Shown here piece by piece: positions 25,078 through 37,817 of a stretch of 64,000 nt of DNA; position 1 is the first letter of the stretch, and every line of letters starts with the position of its first letter. The position numbers and the translations under genes are program-made. The notes beneath the pieces were generated by a model. The model was not told the DNA's origin, searched no databases, and saw only the letters and a list, made by a program, of their open reading frames with translations. This DNA is from Adineta vaga (lineage: Eukaryota; Animalia; Rotifera). The stretch lies in NCBI GenBank assembly GCA_021613535.1, contig CP075493.1, forward strand, positions 7,936,001-8,000,000, read 5' to 3'.

Positions 25078-27915
25078 ATGTGTTCATCGTTAAGACAAAA
25101 TCTATGTCAATCATGGCCAATACTGAAACATTATGATCAAGATCATTTATATAATATTGCTCTTCCATTGGGTGGTATTGGTACGGGTACAGTAAGTTTA
25201 GGAGGAAGAGGTGAATTACGTGATTGGGAAATAGCAAATAAACCAGCAAAAAAATATAGTACAGTTACGACTGGTAATGACGCACCATTCTTTTCAATCT
25301 TTGTGAATCAACTATCAACTTCAACGAAAATAACAAAGGCATTGATTGGTCCTGTGCATCCTACTGAGTATTTGCATTATGAAGGACGACCTTGTAATAA
25401 TCATGGTTTACCACGATTTGAAAAGGCATCATTTGATGCTGCCTATCCATTTGGAATGGTAAATCTATCCGATGAAAAAATGCCAGTGTGTATAATGATG
25501 CAAATCTCTTGTTTTTGTTTGAAATGAACGGAATTTTCTTTAGGTTCAAGTTTGTATCAAAGGTTTTAATCCATTGATTCCAACAGATGCCGAATCTAGT
25601 GGTATTCCCATAGCTGTACTCTATTATGAAGTAACCAATACAACAAATGAAACATTAGATGTGAGTGTATGTGGATCGATGAGAAACTTTGTAGGACAAG
25701 ATGGAAGTAAATATCTTATTGCATGGGATGGAGATTATGTTCCGATAGGGGCAAAAAAGAATACAAATATATATCGAGAAGATTTACAGGGAAAATTAAA
25801 AGGTATTTATATGAATTCGGACAATGTTGATTCCAAAGATCCAGCTTGGGGAACCATTGCATTAACAACTGTTGTTGATTCATCAGATACATCTGTTACT
25901 TATCGTTTATCATCTATTGACAATGCATGGTATCATGCTATACTCGATTTTTGGGATGATGTAAGTCCAATATGATGTTCTCTATCATTTAGATTTTGCA
26001 AATCTGTCTTGTTTCTATTTATAAAGTTTAGCGTTGATGGTACACTTCATGATAAAGGACAATTAATTGATGATAATCCCATGGCAAGTTTAGCTGTTAA
26101 AAAGCAAATTGCACCTGGTGCTACTGAACTTTATCCATTTTTTATTACATGGAATTTTCCAAATCGAATGGCATGGTCATCAAAAATTGTAGGCAATTAT
26201 TATTCAACATTGTATAAAGATGCTTGGGATGTCAGTTTAAAAACAATACCATTGCTTGCTGATTTAGAATCGAATACACTCGATTTTGTTAATCTTATTT
26301 TGGCCAGCGATTATCCTGGCGTATTGAAAGAAGCTGCATTATTTAATCTGGCAACACTTCGTTCACAAACTGTTTTTCGTATTACAGATGGACATTTAAT
26401 GGCATGGGAAGGTGTTTTTGATATCTTTGGTTCATGCTATGGTTCTTGTACACATGTATGGAATTATGAACAAGCTGTTGGATTTCTTTTCGGAGATCTT
26501 GCTAAAACTATGCGAGATGTAGAATTGAATTATGCCACATTTAAAGAGGATGGTGCAATGAATTTTCGAGTACAACTTCCATTAACAAATCCACAAACAC
26601 GAACTGGAACTGCAGCAGTAAGATGAATAGATTGAAATGATAAATCGAGTCTATCTGATATATTGATTGTTTAGGATGGACAGATGGGTTGCGTTATGAA
26701 AATGTATCGTGATTGGCAAGTAAATGATGAAATTATCTAAGATAAAAGAAGTTTTCACGATATTCTTTTCTTTCGTAGCTTTCTGGAGATGATGAATTTT
26801 TGAAGAAAAATTGGGAACAAGTGAAAAAAGTATTAAGTTTTGCGTGGCAACCGAATAGTTGGGATGCTGATCAAGATGGTGTTGAAGAAGGTGCTCAACC
26901 AAATACTATGGATGTAACGTACTATGGTCAGTAAGAAGAAATGGGTTGTTGAATGAAAAGCAAAAATTATTTGATTCTTCTAGGTCCCAATCCTCAGTGT
27001 AATTTTTGGTATTTGGGTGCTCTTCGTGCTGCCTACGTCATGGCCTCCTATATTGGTGATAGTAGTTTTGCTAGTAAATGTGCATATCTATTTACATATG
27101 GAAGCGTATGGGTAGATGGTAATTTATTCAATGGAGAATATTATGAACAAAAAATCATTGATCCTAAAACTGGAAAATTCATTCCCGACGATGATCCGAA
27201 CGTACCAGATTATCAATTGGGTAAAGGTTGTCTTGTTGATCAATTAGTTGGACAAATGATGGCTCATATATGTAATTTGGGTTATCTTGGTATTCCGGCA
27301 AATATTGCTACAACATGTCGAAGTATATTAAAATATAATTATCTTGATAAATTCAATGAACATTTTAATAATATGCGTTCATATGTATTGGGAAATGAAA
27401 GTGGATTACTAATGGCATCATGGCCACGTGGACGTTTAAAATATCCATTTCCATATTTTTCTGAATCGATGACTGGTTTTGAATATACAGCTGCATGTAA
27501 TATGATCTATGAAAATCAAACACAAGAAGGTTTAAAATGTATTCAAAGTATTCGGGATCGTTTCGATGGTTTAAAACGAAATCCATTCAGTGAACCAGAA
27601 TGTGGACATCATTATGGACGATCAATGACGAGTTGGGCAACACTATTAGCTTGGTCAGGTTTTCATTATTCTGCTGTAACACGAACAATGGAATTTGGTG
27701 ATAAAACAGGTGTCTTCTTTTGGTCGAATGGATATGCTTGGGGTTCATGTTTGATTGTTCAAAATCGATCAAAAGCACGTTTATTAGTTTCTTATGGTAC
27801 TCTTGAACTCGATTATTTCGGAATAAAAGGAAAAACAACGAAAAAATTACCAACAAGAATGATATTATCAGCAAAAAGTGATACAAAAACATTGACAATT
27901 GAGTTTGATAATTAA
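25078..27915 (+). CDS. Glycoside hydrolase family 116 (GBA2-like beta-glucosidase), bacterial type, 5 introns; start codon uncertain (about 25045-25078)
   Basis: IALPLGGIGTGTVSLGGRGELRDWEI, LMAWEG, CYGSCTHVWNYEQA, DGQMG, WDADQDGV.EG.QPNTMDV.YYGPNP, YQLGKGCLVDQLVGQ, NPFSEPECGHHYGRSM. Confidence 0.9.
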
Positions 27916-28212
27916 ATTTGTTTCGAATTTTTATCTCTTTGTAAAATTTTTTTATTTTTCATTCTGAAATCATATTATTATCATTAAATCAAACAGTCTA
28001 TCATTAGCGCCATCTAGCATCAATAGAATATACTTGCAGCTTATTTGTTCGTGACTTTCTACCGATGAAATGATTGCATCGATGAAGAGCGAGCAAGCGA
28101 GCAAGCAAGCAAACAAATCAATCACTAGTAGTTGTAGATAGACATAGACCATGGGTCATCTGACAGGAGTTGAGAGAATAATTTCATTAAAAATTTATTC
28201 TTCTATTTTCAG

Positions 28213-29041
28213 ATGTTTGCAGTAGGTGGAAATAGTGGCGCAAAAGTACAGTTACCGAAATACGATCTTCGAAAAAAAATCTATCACGTCTTTTTCATTT
28301 TTTTACTAGAAAAAAGGCAAACAAGGAACTAAAGGTGAAGCACAAATCTTCAAAGAAAATGCAGAAACAATTGCATTTTATAAGAATGTTTTAATGATTA
28401 CCAATGTAAGATTTCTATTTTCATAAAAAATATCTTTTCAAAGTATATCGAAATATATTTTAGGGTGTTTTTCTTGTCGTTCATTTTATCTTTTATTTTA
28501 TTACTGGATTTTCAACTGCTTCTTTTGTAAGAAAACACATTCGTTGATCTACAATATAATTCTTGTTGTTGTTTTTATCTAGATTCTTTTTGCATTATCA
28601 TCTGCTGCAGCATGGTATGTTTGGTCATTTATGCGACAATTCGGAACAACTAAATCAGGTGGTAGTATTACTGATTTAAATTTACCTGGAAGTATCTCGG
28701 AGTAAGCATTATCTTTTATCTTAAACTGTAATAAAACATACGTTACTAGTTATGCGAAAGACATTATATTGGCAATTGTTATTTCACAATCCGCTAGTTT
28801 AATTCATCGATATCTCTGGTGGTTTCTTTTATCCGTATGTATTTATATGTTTAATGTTCTTAAAAGATTACTTATACGATGTATAATTTAGATTCCGCTT
28901 TATGCATTATATAAAGGAATTATGTTGTTTTTCTTTTCACCCTATGCTCAATTAGGTGGTGGTGGAAATCAAGATCAGGATGAGCAAGCTGATGGAAAAA
29001 AGGGTGGAAAGGGCAAAGTTGTTCGAGTCGCTCGGCATTAG
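28213..29041 (+). CDS. TMEM208: Transmembrane protein 208 (SND2)
   Basis: KKGKQGTKGEAQIFKENAETIAFY, DLNLPGSISDYAKDII, hydrophobic helices, WFLLSIPLYALYK, basic C-terminus. Confidence 0.8.
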
Positions 29042-29885
29042 TCAAAAAAAAGAAAACTTAATGTTCTTTTATTTTTTTTGTTTGTTTGTTCGTTCGTTCG
29101 TTCTTCATTCGATATTAATAAGCGGGCATATTTTTATGGAATGTTTTACCATTTGACATTCTTTTAGATGATTATTTAAAAGGACGATTATTTTAAATCA
29201 TATTTATCAACTATTGACGATATTTAATACGATATTCAAATATTGATTTTGTCATCGATAATCTTCTGATGATACATCGAATGTCATATGAACTAATGTA
29301 AGTACTGAAGTTCTCTTGTAGAAAGATCGATTAACTAGATTGTCTCGTGTGAATAGATAGCGTGAGATATGACCGATATAATGCTTTTAACAACTTCCGT
29401 CTGAAAGAAAAATGAAGACTAGCTATTAAATAGAATGTTGTATGATCTATCCTAATATTATGATGAGTGTTCAAAGAACTAAAACTATCTTTGATGAAAT
29501 TTTTTTTTTAAAAGAAAGTAACATATTGATGACGGGTTGTGATTATCAGATAAAGAACTTCTTAAACATTATATGAATCTGTAGCATTATTACACAATCT
29601 GTTGATGTTTATTTAGATTTGTTAAAATTAATTTATGAAGATGATCATGAACAATTGTATTAACATGAGGTATGTATGTATTTTATGCTGAAAATACTTT
29701 TTAATTAATGAAAAGAAAACTAAAAAGATAGTTAGAATTATTTCATGCGAACTATCATTATTGTCATAGATAATTGTGTTGTTTTAGTTTCTTTTTTAGA
29801 TGAATTCTTTTTCCTTTATCGATCGTGAAAAACGATGATCGATTAGTTTACAAGTATTTTGTTTACTAGTTCATTCATATTGATT

Positions 29886-30889
29886 ATGACATTCTCATTT
29901 TGTTGTTGTCTCAAACGTGATCGTGCTACATACAGTGTTTCATCTAATAATGCCAATATAACTTCCATACCCGCAACGATACCTGTTACATTAGCACCAC
30001 TTCCAATTTCATCCGATGTATCAATTGTTCCATTAGAATCGCATTATGAAAAAATTATTGGTTCATCAGGTGACGGTGAAATACGTGCTAATAATGATTG
30101 TCGAGATTCCACAACGTCTATGGAATATGGTGGTTATACTAAATTAACACCGATTCGATCACAACAACAATCATTTGACGATGATACACAACTCTATGCA
30201 ACTGTTGATAAAACAAGAACAGGAGGAAGTGGAGGAATTCGTACTACACCTAATACTACAGCTGCAATTGCTGCTGCTCTTCGGCAAGGCTCATCGCCTG
30301 CATCAACAACTGCGTAAGTTTAGTTATAAATTCAAATGTAGCAGAAATAAATACTGAAATCTATGTAGTTCTTCATCGCCACAAGCAATATTCTCTCCGA
30401 GTTCACATCTAACTGGTTATACAATGACTTCACAAGCTCCACCTGAACATCCACCCTCCACCGCCTCCACCTCCACCATTACCACCACTTCTACCTCAAG
30501 TCTATGGCAATCCAATTGTAAATAATAATGATTCTAGTCGTCGTCCGCATTATGATGAAGTTATTACACGTGAATCATTACAATATCGTGCTCAACGCTT
30601 ACAAATGGAAGAACAACAACAACAACAACTTCGTGAAAATTATTATTCATCTGTAAATAGTGAACGAGGTACAACAACTGGAAGTGATCTTTATGCTGAA
30701 ATTGCCAATGGAAGTGCATCGGGTACAGTACATCATAATTCACAATCTCATTACTATTCTCGACCATCAGCTGGTAGTGGAATAGGTGATGATCTATCCG
30801 AAAGATATGCTACCGTTATTGAAACTATTGAACAACAACAACCAACAACAAATCGTATCTATCAAGAAGTTGATACGATGAAACTTTAA
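29886..30889 (+). CDS. Membrane-anchored tyrosine-motif adaptor (PAG/Cbp-like), with an apparent frameshift near 30455
   Basis: N-terminal FSFCCCLKR, then disordered sequence with YEKI, YTKL, YATV, poly-Pro, YDEV, YSSV, YAEI, YATV, YQEV; intron 30314-30368. Confidence 0.6.
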
Positions 30890-31152
30890 CAAGTTTTCTT
30901 TGATCACTTTCTTTCTATTCGATTTCTTTTCTATTTTGTATCCGTGAGTGCAATCAAGTATTTCAATGTTTCTTTTTTTTAAGAAGAAAAAAACATTTCT
31001 TTCTGTGAATATATTCTTGTTTTTTTCCTTTTGTTCTTCTTTTTTTTTAATTCAGGAAGAAAAAGAAAAGTTTATTGATAATTATCTATTTATCAGATAT
31101 GATATATTTCTCATAAATTATTTAAAACAAAACGTAATCTCAGACGATTATC

Positions 31153-33719
<2,567 letters not shown>

Positions 33720-33894
33720 AGTATCAGTGATGAATGAAATTTTTCTTTGTTTGTTTTTTTCATCTGAGAATAAACTTCTCTTCCGTTTGTTTCCCCATTT
33801 TGTTCGGTTTTTTTTTATTTCAAATGACCATTAGCATTTGTCTAAATGAATCTGTATGTATCAGTTTTAGATCATTTTCGGTTTGTTCATCAAA

Positions 33895-34554
33895 ATGACG
33901 CGTCCAAAAGGTCAAAAACGTTTTGCCGAAATGAAACGAATGATTAAATTAACTGATGCACGATTGAAAGCTAAAGATCGTGCCAAACCAAAAAATTACG
34001 AAAAAAAACAAGAAAAGAAAAATATTGGAGAAATTACCGAAAAACAAGTTGCACCAGTAACATCAGCACTCTTCTTCCGATATAATACTCAACTTGGTAT
34101 GTTCTCTTTCTCATTCTTATTCATCTTCTATCTATCTTTTCAACTAGGTCCACCATATCACGTTTTAGTCGATACTAATTTTATCAATTTTTCTATCAAA
34201 GTCAAATTAGATATCATTCAATCGATGATGGATTGTCTCTATGCAAAATGTACACCATATATAACAGATTGTGTTATGGGTGAAATCGAAAAATTAGGTA
34301 CAAAATATCGTGTAGCATTACGTATTGCTAAAGATCCTCGATTTGAACGCTTACCATGTTCACACAAAGGAACGTATGCCGATGATTGTATTGTTCAACG
34401 TGTCACTCAACATAAATGTTATATTGTTGCTACATGTGATCGTGAATTGAAGCGACGCATAAGAAAAATTCCCGGTGTACCAATTATGTATTTACATGGT
34501 CATCGTTATACAATTGAACGTATGCCTGATGCACATGGAGCACCCAGAACATGA
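33895..34554 (+). CDS. FCF1: rRNA-processing PIN nuclease FCF1/Utp24 (one 51-nt intron, 34097-34147)
   Basis: [65 protein letters not shown]. Confidence 0.95.
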   Translation: MTRPKGQKRFAEMKRMIKLTDARLKAKDRAKPKNYEKKQEKKNIGEITEKQVAPVTSALFFRYNTQLGMFSFSFLFIFYLSFQLGPPYHVLVDTNFINFSIKVKLDIIQSMMDCLYAKCTPYITDCVMGEIEKLGTKYRVALRIAKDPRFERLPCSHKGTYADDCIVQRVTQHKCYIVATCDRELKRRIRKIPGVPIMYLHGHRYTIERMPDAHGAPRT

Positions 34555-34761
34555 ATGTAAATGCGGACCATCTGTTTTGTTGATGAACATTGTTTTTTTG
34601 TTCTAACATTGATAAATGAGTGGAACGAATAAATGTTTATGAAAAACAAATACAATTCATTCATTTTAAGAAGACGTTTCGTTTCGACTTTTATTACAAG
34701 AACAAAAAAAACGAATAATACACTGTGAATGTAGAATAAAATGGAAGAGTTTTATTCATCA

Positions 34762-35384
34762 CTATTGATGAATTCTTTCTCGTGATCGTTTATTTTGAAA
34801 CCAAACACGAATAACTTTTTCTTCGAGTAATAATAATTGTGATAAAGTTTCCATTTGGCTTGGGTCTGGATAACGATTAATCGAATAAAAACGATCAAGA
34901 CATTGTTTTTGATCATCTGTAAATGCTGTACGAGGCTTTTTAACTTTCATCTCTTTTTTCACATTAGGTGTAGATGATATTTTTGGTTGCAAATTTTCAA
35001 GTTCATCATCATCTTGACTGTGCAAAGATGTAGATAGCTGTGAATTGTATCCCGTATCATCTATAAATAAGAATTAGTTATTCAGTATATAAAAACTACT
35101 GATAAATCATACCATTTTTATGAATAGATGTAGGCACGGGTGAGAGAAGTTCTTCGATACTTCTAAAATTATGTCGAACTATCGATTTCTTTGGTCGCAT
35201 CAAGTTGAATACAGGTACAGAACTAAATTAAAAAAAGAAAAATAGTATCAAACTGTTTGCCAATGTTTAGGCAATAATATATATTTTACCTGAGTATCAA
35301 TTGTTGTGTATTCATAGAAATAAAATCAGTTTCTTCATAACTTGAAGCAGTACTTGATGGACTAAGACTACAATGATCTTCCAT
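34762..35384 (-). CDS. Small divergent homeodomain protein (Q50), three exons
   Basis: Phase-consistent exons from MEDHCSLSP; homeodomain KKPRTAFTDDQKQCLDRFYSINRYPDPSQMETLSQLLLLEEKVIRVWFQNKRSRER at the C-terminus. Confidence 0.82.
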
Positions 35385-36188
35385 TCTTTCTTATTTTTTT
35401 CTCTTCGAATGAAACTATCATGTTAGCTAATCTACCTATTTAAAGCCAACATATATTTCTTTTTCGTCCACTAATTTTTCAATATTGACAGAATCATTCA
35501 TTTCATTGGATAGAATCAGTTTATAGATTAGTAGACAGAAAGAGGAGAAGAAGAATTATTATTTCACATCTCAAGCTGATTTGTTACGCTAATTGTTTAA
35601 ATGATAACACAATGGGAGACTAATAGATCAACTCATTTCATTTGACATCTGAAATTTGTTTTTCTTTTCGTTCATCAATATTTTCTGTGGAATAGATGGC
35701 AGATATTTGTGAACATATGATATGCGATTTAATCAATCAATATTCAGATTATCGTCTGAAGAGATACGAGAATTTGATCTTTTCGTTTTATTATTTTCTC
35801 AACAGTAAAATATTCGTATCTTAATTCTGCAAATATGTAAATCGAAAAAGACTATCGATAGATTTTTGTCATCATATATGAGCTGATTAACCTACTGATG
35901 TGACGAAGAAAGATAAGCATACCGACTTATTTCTACATGTTGAATGATAATAATGGAAAGTATTTGATGTCTATTAGCTCATATATTAGCTTAATTTATG
36001 TTGAAAATATGTATTACTCTATCGGTTACAGAGAGTATGACCTTTCAACAGATATCGATGTGAGCTGGATATCATGACGTATATAGATTTTATTGATGAA
36101 AAACTACTCGATTGACAGATGTAAAATAGAGAGAAAAACTAAAAAAAAGTTTTGGATTAGATATAGATTTGTTGCAAATTTTGATTAT

Positions 36189-36988
36189 TTATTGTGTCCA
36201 ACAAGTGGATGGTTGATCATTGATATGAACCCAAAATCGAATGTCATTTCGAATATTACCATATGAATAATAATGCCATCCACCTTGATATTGTTTTGCG
36301 ACATTTTGTGTCCAACTAGCACCAGCATATGTTGTTCCATTCATACCCGCGATGAAATAACCATCATGAAACGTTGCAACTTTCCAACTAGAACTAAAAA
36401 CAAAGGGATGATCAAAAAATAGGTAAGACGAATATTTTACCCAAAGGATTGTGCACAGTAAGCATCAACAGCAGCACGATTAGCGAATTGTGAACCTTGA
36501 ACAGGTACAGTCGTTGTTATATGACCACGATTCCAGCCAGCATAGAAATGGGCAGGCATTGCTGCACCTTGTCCAAGAACAAGATACGAAGGACGAGGAG
36601 TACTATCAACTCGTGTACAAAGAACAGGACGACGTTCAGTACAAAGAGTATCACCTGTATAAGCATTACAATCCATTCCGTTTGGATCAGACCAGTTCCG
36701 ACAACCGACAAAATCGATACCAAAGTCAGCAAGATGAGCTTCTTTGACAAATGTTAATCCTTTCTTTCCTAGAAAAAACGAAGAGATATTTCTAGAAAAT
36801 ATTTTGTATATTTGAATAATCATACCTGTTGATGAAGAAGATTGAAGAACATCTGCTTTTAAGCTGGCTGCTAGAACTACTTCTGCATCAACTTGAGCAG
36901 CAGCATCAATTGAACGTAGTAGTTGTGCACCATTTGCATAAAATGCAATTGAAAGAAGGACAACAACAACGGTGTATACGTTCAACAT
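36189..36988 (-). CDS. Secreted Cys/Trp-rich protein of bacterial-like family (probable horizontal acquisition)
   Basis: Signal peptide MLNVYTVVVVLLSIAFYANG; introns 36769-36825 and 36394-36440; motifs GC...CNAYTGDT.C....PVLC, YAGW..G...TT.PV.G, YC...FG..W.VA.FHDG, GGW..YSYG, RFWVHINDQPSTCW*. Confidence 0.75.
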
Positions 36989-37817
36989 ATTGGTGATGGT
37001 TTAATAGAAGATAGAATTTGAATCGATGAAAATATTTGTTTGTAATCATTGACTTTCTCTCAGCTAAGTTATATACTATATCTAATTCCGCGTTTCTTCC
37101 GAGTTTTGAATAGATATTCATGATTTTCTTTATGTGGTATATCTTTATCATCGAAAATACTACATAACTTGTGGATAGAAAAGGAATATCATATGGTTAC
37201 TTTTACATACGATACACCTTTTGGCTCACAGCATATCATCAATAAATATAATGATAATTATTGAAAGTCACGCGTGATTGAATAGTTTTCTCGACATATT
37301 TTTCATGCTTGAGTTGTAACTATATCGAGTGCATTACCATGATATATTGTTATAACTTCCGAGTTTTATTATGATTGATAATTTATTGCTACAACGTCAT
37401 AGTCGAATATTAGAAATGATTAGAATTTTACCGCCTACATTTAAAGCAAAACATTCACTGATAGTAAAAGACTAGTGCCGATATAAACATCAGACGTCTA
37501 TAAGAGGGAATTTTTATCATTTTCATGCTTATTGATAAGAATTATTTGCATAAATGTCTTTTTTTTCTAACACTTTCGTACATAGAGATGCAAGGATGAA
37601 TAATGTCAATAACAACCGTTGGTATCGAAATAAGGTTAAATTCTTTTTTTTTGTTGCTTTTCGATACTGATGTTGACAGACTTCGTCTGCATACATTTAG
37701 TGAGAAATTTATTTGAATTAACTTGTGTATGTCGAGTTTTATGAGAAGTGGTCCATAAAAACTAGTCTTCTTTCCATTTTATTGATTACGTTTCTATAGA
37801 AATTTCAACTATCATTC

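Noticed and set aside
34097-34147. Hydrophobic 17-aa insertion in FCF1
   Set aside because: It is a stop-free 51-nt GT-AG intron read through by the ORF finder
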